This document shows, one piece after another, positions 56,294-64,000 of a stretch of 64,000 nucleotides of DNA. This DNA is from Desulfarculia bacterium (lineage in GTDB: Bacteria; Desulfobacterota; Desulfarculia; G963662305): positions 349,035 to 413,034 of the forward strand of contig OY759352.1 of the NCBI GenBank assembly GCA_963662305.1, in the 5' to 3' direction. A program made the translations under genes and the position numbers. The notes under the pieces are model-generated. The model did no database searches. It saw only the letters and a list, made by a program, of their open reading frames with translations, and was not told the origin of the DNA. Position 1 is the first letter of the stretch, and each line of letters begins with the position of its first letter.

Positions 56294-57526
56294 ATGTTAT
56301 TGCCAAAGGGAGTCGCCGTGCCGGACAAGGGATTTAACCCGGAACTCGATCTTTTCCGAAAATGCTACCAGTACACCGAGGACCTGGAGGCCAGGGAGGG
56401 CGGTTACTATCTTATTTTCCGCCCTCTTGAATCCGGCCAGAACCCCGTGGTCACCCTGGAGGGCCGGGAGATGATCAACCTGGCCTCCAACAACTATCTG
56501 GGGCTGACTTCCCATCCCCGGGTGGTGGAGGCGGCCAAGGAGGCCCTGGACCGATACGGCACCGGCTGCTCCGGTTCCCGCTGGCTCAACGGCAACATGT
56601 TGATCCACGAGGAACTGGAAAGCCTTCTGGCCGAGTTTTTGGGAAAAGAGGCGGCCATTGTTTTCTCCACCGGGTACCAGACCAACCTGGGGGCCATCTC
56701 CTGCCTGGTGGGCAGGAACGATGTAATCTTCACGGACAAATTGGACCACGCCTCCATAATCGACGGGGCCAGGATGAGCCTGGGCCGGCTGATCCGGTTC
56801 CGGCATAACGACATGGACCATTTGGAGGGCCTGCTCAAAAGGGAACAGGACAAAGGCAAGCTGATCGTGGTGGACGGCGTCTTTTCCATGGAGGGCGACC
56901 TGGCCGACCTGCCTGGTCTGGTGGACCTGGCCCGGAGATACCAGGCCCGGATTTTTCTGGACGACGCCCACGGCCTGGGGGTGACCGGTCCGGGCGGCAG
57001 GGGCACGGCCGCCCATTTCGGCCTGGCCGAGGAGGTGGACCTGATCATGGGCACCTTTTCCAAAAGCCTGGCCTGTATCGGAGGGTTTGTGGCCGGGGAC
57101 GCCCGCCCCGTCTCCTGGATCAAGCACCGGAGCCGCTCCCAGATGTTCTCGGCGGCCCTGCCCCCGGTTCTCACGGCCACGGCCAGGGCCGCCCTGGAGA
57201 CGGTCATCAGGGAACCGGAACTGGTGGACCGGCTGTGGACCAACGCCCGGAAACTCAAAGAGGGCCTCATCGCCCTGGGGTTTGACACCGGCGGCTCCCA
57301 AACACCCATCGTGCCGGTGATCCTGGGCAACGAGCCCCTCATGCTGGCCACGACCATCAATCTGGCCCAGGCCGGGGTGTTCGTGAACCCGGTCCGGCCG
57401 CCGGCGGTGCCCCAGGGCCGGGAGATGCTGCGGCTCTCCCTCATGGCCAACCACACCGGAGAGCATATCGACCAGGCCCTTGCGGCCCTGGGCGAGGCGG
57501 GTCGTAATCTGGGGATCATTTCCTGA
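56294..57526 (+). CDS. Serine palmitoyltransferase / 8-amino-7-oxononanoate synthase-family PLP-dependent alpha-oxoamine synthase
   Basis: ...MINLASNNYLGL...GSRWLNG...GTFSKSL (PLP-Lys) motifs of the AOS family; 410 aa from MLLPKGV. The ORF-track entry from 55784 is a 5' extension. Confidence 0.8.
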   Translation: MLLPKGVAVPDKGFNPELDLFRKCYQYTEDLEAREGGYYLIFRPLESGQNPVVTLEGREMINLASNNYLGLTSHPRVVEAAKEALDRYGTGCSGSRWLNGNMLIHEELESLLAEFLGKEAAIVFSTGYQTNLGAISCLVGRNDVIFTDKLDHASIIDGARMSLGRLIRFRHNDMDHLEGLLKREQDKGKLIVVDGVFSMEGDLADLPGLVDLARRYQARIFLDDAHGLGVTGPGGRGTAAHFGLAEEVDLIMGTFSKSLACIGGFVAGDARPVSWIKHRSRSQMFSAALPPVLTATARAALETVIREPELVDRLWTNARKLKEGLIALGFDTGGSQTPIVPVILGNEPLMLATTINLAQAGVFVNPVRPPAVPQGREMLRLSLMANHTGEHIDQALAALGEAGRNLGIIS

Positions 57527-57591
57527 CCGGAAAGGGTCTGGTTGAGGGGGGCCTGGGGATCAATATTTCCGGGGTGGGCCGATATTCCGGC

Positions 57592-58809
57592 TCAGTAGCC
57601 CATCAGGCCGCAACATCTGGTACAGACCGGCATAAGCCCATCCCTGGCCAGGCTGAGCCGGAATTTCCGGTAGGGCTCTGAATTCCAGAGCACGGTCAGG
57701 GATGTTTCTTTTATGTTCCCCACCACATAATCGTGATAATCGCGGCAGGGCGAGACCTTGCCGTCAGGGCCGATCTCGGCGGCCTGATAGATGGATAGAC
57801 AACGGCTGTAGCCGAAATCGTTGCCGTGGTCGTTATAGTAAGACCGCAAGTCTTCCGCTTCGAAAATGGGGGGAATAACGATCGCGGCCGGGTCGGACCA
57901 GCCTTTTGAAGCGGAGCGCAGGGACTTGAGCTGGTCCGCGATGAGATGGTGGTCCACGGCCCGCCAGTCGCCGATCCATCCCCCGGGCAGGGCGGGCTCG
58001 AACCCGAACCTGCGGTTGAAATCCAGCCGGTGGGCCTCCACTCCGGGTTCATCAATCCACCAGGACAGGTAAAAGACGAACAGGTCCACCCGGTCCTTGA
58101 AGGTCCGGTATATGTCCGTCAGGTAGGCCACGTTTTCCTTGGAAATAACGGTCAGGGAGGCGATGAGGGGCAGGCTTCCGCCCCGGTCCCTCCTGGCCCG
58201 GAGCAGGCTCTCCAGCCCCCTCTCCAGGGTGGCGAAGTTGTCGCCCCGGCCGGCCGAGGGGCGGAGCCGGTTGTGCAGCCCGGCGGTGGGTCCGTCAACG
58301 GATATCTGGGCCAGAAACAGGGGCGCCCCGGCCAGCGCCCCGGCCGCGTCGGCCAGCCCGGTGCCGTTGGTGGCCAGGGAGGTGGGCAGCCCCAGCCGGG
58401 TAGACCTTTCCACGAGTTCCACCAGGTCGGGATATAAAAAAGGCTCTCCACCCCAAAGGTAGTACAGGGGCCTCCAGCCCCGGGAGGCCAGGTCCCCCAG
58501 AACCTCCAGATGCCCCTTCAGATCCACCTCCTGCTCTCCCACGCGTCCTGCGGGCAGATGGCGCAGATATCCGCGCTCCCCCCACTGGCCGCAGGTCCGG
58601 CAGCGGAGATTGCATCTTTCGGTGATCCTGACGCTGAGCTGACGGATGGGCCCGGCCCGGCCTCCGGATAATTTGGCGGGACGTTGGGCAAGAAGCCATT
58701 TCCCGGCCTGGAGCAGGGCCAGTTTTTTGAATATCCAGGGATGGCGTATCAGGGGCGGGACGCCCTTGACGATCGCCTTGGGTCCGACACTGGGTTTTTT
58801 CCCGCTCAT
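57592..58809 (-). CDS. Radical SAM / SPASM-domain protein (anSME-like maturase)
   Basis: CNLRCRTC (CxxxCxxC), WGGEP, and a C-terminal Cys-rich SPASM region ending ...CTRCCGLMGY. Confidence 0.75.
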   Translation of the reverse strand: MSGKKPSVGPKAIVKGVPPLIRHPWIFKKLALLQAGKWLLAQRPAKLSGGRAGPIRQLSVRITERCNLRCRTCGQWGERGYLRHLPAGRVGEQEVDLKGHLEVLGDLASRGWRPLYYLWGGEPFLYPDLVELVERSTRLGLPTSLATNGTGLADAAGALAGAPLFLAQISVDGPTAGLHNRLRPSAGRGDNFATLERGLESLLRARRDRGGSLPLIASLTVISKENVAYLTDIYRTFKDRVDLFVFYLSWWIDEPGVEAHRLDFNRRFGFEPALPGGWIGDWRAVDHHLIADQLKSLRSASKGWSDPAAIVIPPIFEAEDLRSYYNDHGNDFGYSRCLSIYQAAEIGPDGKVSPCRDYHDYVVGNIKETSLTVLWNSEPYRKFRLSLARDGLMPVCTRCCGLMGY

Positions 58810-58896
58810 CCGGCTGCTGTCTTTTCCTGTTGGATCGGTTGGAGAGCCTACTCGGACCTTGCCGTCTTTTTAAAAAACCCCAAAGGCCGGCTCCGC

Positions 58897-58921
58897 AAAA
58901 AGCCCCGGGGAATCCCGGGGC
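58897..58921 (-). terminator. Intrinsic terminator (minus strand) after the secreted-protein gene
   Basis: GCCCCGGG-gaat-CCCGGGGC 9-bp GC stem followed by UUUUU on the minus strand (AAAAA at 58897-58901 on plus). Confidence 0.6.
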
Positions 58922-58948
58922 TTGCCTGCGTTTATGCTGTTCCGGCTA

Positions 58949-60223
58949 TTAGATTATTTCGATGGTCTCGGTCCTGATGTTGGACAGGTTGCCTTCCGCG
59001 TCCATGAGCCAGTAGTTGATGGTGTGCACCCCGGACTCCAGGCCGCCGATGAAGGAGGTGGGCAGGGTCCGGCGGAAGTCCACCAGATTGACCTGATAAT
59101 TGTAGCTGAGTCCGGTCTGCCAGGCGATTCCGTTGCTCAGAGTTCCGCTGCTGTCCAGGGCCAGCTGCTCGGGCCCGTCCTTGCCAGCGGAACCGGGCCT
59201 GATCCATTCCACCACCAGGGCCGACGCACCGGTGTAGGCGGCGGAGAAAGGCAGGGTCCTGTTCAACTGGTAGGCGGTTCCGTTCACCCTGGCGTTGTTG
59301 ATTTCGGCCGAGACCTGCTGGTTGCCCAAAAGCCTGCTGTAGGGTCCCCCGCCGCCAAAGTGATCCTCTGCGCCGCCGCCGTCTCCCCGGGGGTCCACCT
59401 GCCAGCCGGTCCCGACTACGTTAAGTTCGCCTATCTCAGGAAGAACGATCTTGGCCGTGCCCTTGTTGGGAGAGGTTATGGAACCCGCCAGCTGATAGTC
59501 GATCGCCCCTGCGGCATTCAGGTGATAGGCGTCTATGCTTATCTCGCCGCCCTCACCGCCGGCCAGTCCCTGGAAGTGGTAATTGGCCTGGGAATCATCC
59601 GGACCATAAATCTTCAACAGTCCATTGAAGTTTCCTCGTCCGGTATAGGTCCAATCAAGCCATACGGTGTAATCCGGGCGGGATGGATCGGTATAGGACC
59701 ACCACCTGGCCACATTGTCCATGGTGGACATGGCCCTTGCGCCCACAAGCGCATTTTCCGAAATCCAACCCAGGATGGGGGCGTCGGCCCGGGACTGATT
59801 GGAGATGTAGATGGCGTTGTTGTAATACTCGATGGCATAGGAGCCGTCCGGCTGGAGGTAATAGGCTTGGGGAAAATCGTTGCGGGTCTCGTCGTACAGT
59901 CGCAGTACTCCATCCTGGAATTCGGCCCTGAAATTTACCTGCCACAGGCCCAGGGAGAGCTGCCAGGTGGAAGTTATCCCCTTTGGTACAGTGAAAGTCA
60001 ACAACCCGGCGTCATCGGCCAGGTAGGAGGCCGTCTCCGCTCCGGCCTGGACGGCCATAGCTGCCGCCGGGGGATACCACAGCTTGCCGTGGGCATAGGT
60101 GGTCACCTGAAGTTTAAAGGTCAGGGTTTCCTGGGCCAGGGCCTCGCCCGAAGCCAGCAACCCCATCAGCGCCACCCCCACAATAAGGCTGATGAATGTT
60201 GTTTTGGATATTTTACTAACCAT
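58949..60223 (-). CDS. Secreted hypothetical protein (signal peptide; Gly-rich beta-rich)
   Basis: MVSKISKTTFISLIVGVALMGLLASGEALAQE signal peptide; 424 aa; no recognisable family. Confidence 0.5.
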   Translation of the reverse strand: MVSKISKTTFISLIVGVALMGLLASGEALAQETLTFKLQVTTYAHGKLWYPPAAAMAVQAGAETASYLADDAGLLTFTVPKGITSTWQLSLGLWQVNFRAEFQDGVLRLYDETRNDFPQAYYLQPDGSYAIEYYNNAIYISNQSRADAPILGWISENALVGARAMSTMDNVARWWSYTDPSRPDYTVWLDWTYTGRGNFNGLLKIYGPDDSQANYHFQGLAGGEGGEISIDAYHLNAAGAIDYQLAGSITSPNKGTAKIVLPEIGELNVVGTGWQVDPRGDGGGAEDHFGGGGPYSRLLGNQQVSAEINNARVNGTAYQLNRTLPFSAAYTGASALVVEWIRPGSAGKDGPEQLALDSSGTLSNGIAWQTGLSYNYQVNLVDFRRTLPTSFIGGLESGVHTINYWLMDAEGNLSNIRTETIEII

Positions 60224-60839
60224 TTCCGACCCTCCCTCTGAGTTGCCGCCTTGTTACTGACCCGGTTATGGTTCAGCTTTTCAAAATTACTTTATTAGTC
60301 AAACTGGATTTGTAGTTATCGCCAAAGCCGAATCAGTGGCTGTGATTATCCGTCTAATCCTCCCGAGATTATTTCTAATCACGTGTTCTGATCTTATCCG
60401 GGCATGTTGCGCCGGTCAAGTACCAGCGTGTAATTAACTTTTTCAACCAGGGACGAGCCGCCCTCCACCCGTTTTATACAACTGCAGGTCAATCCAACAA
60501 TAGATAGATTTTTACGCATACTATTATTCATATCCATATCTTACAGGTTCGCCAGGCCTGTCCTTCCGTCCTTGGGTGCTGTTGCGGCCGGCCGCTCAGG
60601 GTTGATTACGGCCAGCCTGGCGCGGCGGCGATCCGCCCCCTCCCGGCCCGGGGGCCGGGAGGGGAGCCTGTCCGGGTTGGACTTGCCGTGCTTTACAAAA
60701 ACATCGGTTTTTGCAATGCTTGCAAATCGCTGCGGATCAAGGGTCTGGCCGAACAAGGGGGGGGGGGCGGGGGACGGCCGGAAATGGACCTGGCCTCAGT
60801 CTCAACTTGATTCGACGGCCCTTTTTCAATAGAACCGGG

Positions 60840-61691
60840 ATGGAGAACAGAAGGCGGCCGGGAGGCAAATTGTCCACACGGGATCTGATGCGCGTCTTTG
60901 GGACGATCCGGGATTACCGGGAGCTGATTACGGGGCTGGCAGCCAGGGAGATCCGGGAGAAGTACGTCCAGTCCATGGCCGGCCTGCTGTGGCTGTTCAT
61001 CTACCCGGCCTGCCTCCTGTCGGTCTATCTGGTCGTCTTCGGTTTTGTTTTTAAAATGCGGGCCGACATGCTGGGGCTGGATCTCAATATGAGCTATACC
61101 GCCTACCTTATCACCGGGTACATCCCCTGGCTGGGCGCGGCCGAAAGCCTGACCAGGGCGCCCCTGGCCGTCTCCTCCAATTCGGCCCTGATCAGGCAGG
61201 TGGTCTTTCCCCTGGAAATTCTGCCGGTCAAGCTGGTCCTGGTCTCCCTGACCCCCCAGCTGGTCCTCCTGGTTTTGGCCTCGGTCTATCTTCTTCTCGA
61301 CTCCGGAGGCCGCGTCCCGAATCTTCTGTGGCTGACCCTGCCCCTCCTTTTTTTCCTGGAATTCATGCTCCTCTGCGGGCTGGTCTGGGCCATCTCCGCA
61401 GTTGGGGTCTTTTTGGGCGACATCAAGGAGGTCGTCAAACTGGCCGTGCTGGTCGGGCCTTTTTTGGCTCCGATTTTCTTTTCCCCCAGCCAGCTGCCGG
61501 CCTGGGCCGGAGGTCTGATCCACCTCAACCCCTTCACCCTGCTGATCAACTGTTTCCGGGACGCTCTGCTGTACGGCAGGGTGGCCCACCCTCTTAGCTG
61601 GCTGTTCGTCGGCCCCCTCTGCCTGGCCTGTTTCTGGGCTGGATACGGGGTCTTTAAACGCCTTCGGCCGGGCTTCGGCAACCTGCTATGA
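60840..61691 (+). CDS. ABC-2 type polysaccharide/O-antigen export permease (Wzm/KpsM-like)
   Basis: 6 TM helices, ABC2_membrane signature; ATG at 60840 (the ORF-track upstream extension is Gly/Arg-rich). Confidence 0.8.
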   Translation: MENRRRPGGKLSTRDLMRVFGTIRDYRELITGLAAREIREKYVQSMAGLLWLFIYPACLLSVYLVVFGFVFKMRADMLGLDLNMSYTAYLITGYIPWLGAAESLTRAPLAVSSNSALIRQVVFPLEILPVKLVLVSLTPQLVLLVLASVYLLLDSGGRVPNLLWLTLPLLFFLEFMLLCGLVWAISAVGVFLGDIKEVVKLAVLVGPFLAPIFFSPSQLPAWAGGLIHLNPFTLLINCFRDALLYGRVAHPLSWLFVGPLCLACFWAGYGVFKRLRPGFGNLL

Positions 61692-62986
61692 CCAGACCGA
61701 CGCACAAGCCGTCCGCTCCGGCCATCCAGGTCCGTGGCCTGACCAAAACCTTCAAGGTCTACGACGGCCCTCTGGACGTTTTCAGGGAGCATGTTCTTAA
61801 AAAGCCCAGCCACCAGCTTTTCACCGCCCTCGAGGGGGTCTCCTTCAGTTTGGAACCGGGAGAGGTGCTGGGGGTGATCGGGCCCAACGGCGCCGGGAAA
61901 AGCACTCTCCTGCGCATTCTTGCCGGCACCCTGGACAGGACTGCGGGCGAAATCCTTATCTCGGGCAAGGTCTCTTCCATTCTGGAACTGGGGACCGGGT
62001 TTCATCCTGATTTCAGCGGCCGGGAGAACGTCTATCTGGCCGGCCTGTGTCACGGCATGAAAGCCGCCGAGGTCAGAGCCAAGATACCCTGGATAAAGGA
62101 GTTCAGCGCCCTGGGCGACTTTTTCGAAAAGCCGGTGCGGACCTACTCTTCGGGCATGCAGGCCCGGCTGTTTTTCAGCGCCGCAGCGGCGGTGGAGGCG
62201 GATATCCTTTTGGTGGACGAGGCCCTGTCCGTGGGCGACGCCAGGTTTCAGCGGAAATGTTTCGCCCGCATGGAACGCTTCCGCGATAAGGGGGGAGCGG
62301 TGATCCTGGTCTCCCACGACATCAACCTGGTGATGGGGCTTTGCGACAAGGCCCTTCTTCTGGAAAAGGGCCGGGTAATCAGCCGGGGCCCTTCCCGGGA
62401 TGTGTCCCGCATCTATTTCAGAAGGGTCCACTCCGGACAGGAAAACCGGGTGGGTGAGTTGGAACCTCCGGCTTCAGGAGAAAAGCCGTTGATCCCGGCC
62501 GGCTCAGAACGGTACGGCAACGGCCGGGCCGAAATCGTGGACTACGGCCTCAAGGACCACCACGGCAGGATGACCGAAACCATTACCTCCGGCCAGCAAT
62601 GTCACCTGTTCATAAAGGCACTCCTGCACCAGGACATAGAAGACCTGCGTTTCAGTTACATCATCAGCACTGTGTCCGGGATAAACGTGTTCGGCTTCAA
62701 CACCGCCGACCATCCGGCTCCGGGGCCCCTGGTCAAAGACGCTGTTCTGGAGGCGCGGTTGAAACTGCGGATGTGGCTGGCGCCGGGAGAATACTTCCTC
62801 ACCTTCGGCATCTGGCCCAAGGACGGGCCCCATTACGACCGTCTGATCGACGCCCTGCTTCTGCGGGTCGTCAGCGAGAAATATATCGCCCCAGGAAGCC
62901 TGGTCAATCTGGAACCCGAGCTGGAGTTGGTGCGGGTCGGAAAAACCGACTCCGGGGCCGGAGAAGATTCCGGGGGTCGGGCCTGA
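61688..62986 (+). CDS. ABC transporter ATP-binding protein (Wzt/KpsT-like) with C-terminal substrate-binding-type extension
   Basis: Walker A GPNGAGKST, signature SSGMQARL, Walker B ILLVDEAL; ~190-aa extra C-terminal domain, as in Wzt O-antigen-binding domains. Confidence 0.85.
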   Translation: MTRPTHKPSAPAIQVRGLTKTFKVYDGPLDVFREHVLKKPSHQLFTALEGVSFSLEPGEVLGVIGPNGAGKSTLLRILAGTLDRTAGEILISGKVSSILELGTGFHPDFSGRENVYLAGLCHGMKAAEVRAKIPWIKEFSALGDFFEKPVRTYSSGMQARLFFSAAAAVEADILLVDEALSVGDARFQRKCFARMERFRDKGGAVILVSHDINLVMGLCDKALLLEKGRVISRGPSRDVSRIYFRRVHSGQENRVGELEPPASGEKPLIPAGSERYGNGRAEIVDYGLKDHHGRMTETITSGQQCHLFIKALLHQDIEDLRFSYIISTVSGINVFGFNTADHPAPGPLVKDAVLEARLKLRMWLAPGEYFLTFGIWPKDGPHYDRLIDALLLRVVSEKYIAPGSLVNLEPELELVRVGKTDSGAGEDSGGRA

Positions 62987-62988
62987 CC

Positions 62989-64000
62989 ATGGAAAGGCCG
63001 GGCAAACCCGCCAAGATAATCTGGGTGGTCATGGACACCCTGAGGGCCGACCACCTGGGTCTTTACGGCTACCCCCGGCCGACCTCCCCTTTTCTGGACA
63101 AGCTGGGAGACGAATCAATCGTCTTTGACTGGGCCTTTTCGGCCTGCCCCTATTCCATTCCCTCCCAGACCTCGATGCTGAGCGGGAGATACTGCTCCAA
63201 CCACTACCTGGGCTTTTCCAAAGGCGCCCCGATTAAACACCCTTTCAAAGGCGCAATGTTGTCCGAGGCGCTCCTGTCCGCCGGCTACGCCACAGCCTCC
63301 TTTGTCACAACCGACCTGCCCGTTCATCCGGCGGAAAGCTCCGCCGCCATCGGGTTCCGGAACCGGTTCAATCCTGATCGAGAGACAGGGGCCAATGGCA
63401 CGAACAAAATGCTGGCGGCTTTTATCAGCGCCCTTGGCGAGAACGACCTGTTCGCTTTTTTAAACTACTTAGACATCCACGGCCCCTATCTCCACCAAGA
63501 GCCGCACCGCAGCCTGTTCACTTCTGACCAGTGGTCAATTCCTCCCCTTCATCTGCGCCGGATCAGCCCCGACAGCGACCCCCTGGGCGGCCTGCCCGAA
63601 TTCCAGATCCTGGAGGGAAAGGAGCAAAACGGGCTGCTCCGTGAATACCGGACCGACCTGCGTTACTACCTGGCCCAGTACGACGCCGGAATCCGCAAGG
63701 CCGACCAAGCCCTGGAGAAACTGGTGGAGCTGTTGCAAGAGCGGGGCGTCTATGACGATACCCTCCTTATCGTGACCTCCGACCACGGCGAGGCTTTCGG
63801 CGAAAACAACCTCTACTGCACCCACGGCTTCACCCTGACCCCGGACCAGATCCACGTGCCCCTGCTGCTCAAGCCCCACCGGGGATGGCGGGTCGAAGCA
63901 GGCAGAATAGAGACCCAGGTCTCCCTGGTGGATCTGATGCCCACCATCCTCGAACTGGCGGGACTGCATCCCCTGGGCCCGCCCCTTGACGGGCGGTCCC
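62989..64000 (+). CDS. Sulfatase-like (alkaline-phosphatase superfamily) protein, 3'-truncated at window end
   Basis: Open frame to the window end; IIWVVMDTLRADHLG N-terminal metal-binding motif and TSDHGE; no signal peptide; canonical C/S-x-P-x-R formylglycine motif not evident. Confidence 0.65.
   Translation, partial: MERPGKPAKIIWVVMDTLRADHLGLYGYPRPTSPFLDKLGDESIVFDWAFSACPYSIPSQTSMLSGRYCSNHYLGFSKGAPIKHPFKGAMLSEALLSAGYATASFVTTDLPVHPAESSAAIGFRNRFNPDRETGANGTNKMLAAFISALGENDLFAFLNYLDIHGPYLHQEPHRSLFTSDQWSIPPLHLRRISPDSDPLGGLPEFQILEGKEQNGLLREYRTDLRYYLAQYDAGIRKADQALEKLVELLQERGVYDDTLLIVTSDHGEAFGENNLYCTHGFTLTPDQIHVPLLLKPHRGWRVEAGRIETQVSLVDLMPTILELAGLHPLGPPLDGRS

Noticed and set aside
58922-60241. 439-aa plus-strand ORF opposite the secreted-protein gene
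   Set aside because: Antisense; the minus-strand product has a convincing signal peptide and its own terminator, while the plus ORF is Gly/Pro-rich without features.
1-64000. CRISPR arrays, tRNA/rRNA genes, transposases, integrases, prophage or defence-system genes
   Set aside because: Looked for short direct-repeat arrays, cloverleaf-like GC-rich ~75-nt segments, DDE or tyrosine-recombinase motifs and typical defence ATPase/nuclease signatures; none seen. Absence from a by-eye scan is not proof, especially for tRNAs.
62989-64000. Calling the sulfatase-like gene a classical formylglycine-dependent arylsulfatase
   Set aside because: The expected C/S-x-P-x-R-x-x-x-L-T-G motif after the N-terminal DxLRADHLG is not evident (sequence reads FSACPYSIPSQTSMLSGRY), and there is no signal peptide. 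It is therefore left as a generic sulfatase-like/alkaline-phosphatase-superfamily protein.

Overview
High-GC (~63%) bacterial chromosomal segment; gene content and style (tungsten-type aldehyde:ferredoxin oxidoreductases, IorAB, non-pyrrolysine MttB methyltransferases, an rpsP-KH-rimM-trmD-rplS operon) suggest an anaerobic Deltaproteobacteria/Desulfobacterota-like organism. No rRNA, tRNA, tmRNA, CRISPR, transposase or integrase was recognised. Three regions: (i) 1-8.4 kb, conserved housekeeping operon rpsP-KH-rimM-trmD-(SPOUT-like)-rplS-rnhB-yraN-rsmI-ptsH-ptsI-smpB, in which rsmI and ptsH (HPr) share one reading frame with no stop codon between them. (ii) 8.4-39 kb, an anaerobic catabolic island: AOR-1 with a MoaD-like gene, divergent FrhB-like-IorA-IorB, a hydantoin racemase-like plus hydantoinase pair, an 11-kb minus-strand operon livKGFHM-usp-DMGDH-mttB-corrinoid protein-MtrH-like (quaternary-amine/glycine-betaine demethylation), a frameshifted FAD oxidoreductase, two GntR regulators sharing an upstream motif, and a second MttB paralogue fused into an operon with ferredoxin-AOR-2-MoaD. 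(iii) 39-64 kb, a cell-envelope glycan/lipid biosynthesis locus: sulfotransferase, GT2, Wzx-like flippase, three GT4, two large polytopic ArnT/PMT-like membrane proteins, SDR epimerase, AsnB-like amidotransferase, B12-binding radical SAM, GT21-like ceramide-glucosyltransferase-type GT next to a serine-palmitoyltransferase-like enzyme, radical SAM/SPASM protein, secreted protein, Wzm/Wzt ABC exporter and a sulfatase-like gene that runs off the window end. Non-coding signals include a 27-bp perfect inverted repeat between convergent genes, a twice-repeated two-hairpin intergenic element with compensatory base changes inside the amine-catabolic operon, intrinsic terminators, and an AT-rich divergent promoter region with an 11-nt poly-G tract. 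Most long ORFs in the six-frame track that lie opposite these genes are Gly/Arg/Pro-rich shadow ORFs typical of GC-rich DNA and were not called.
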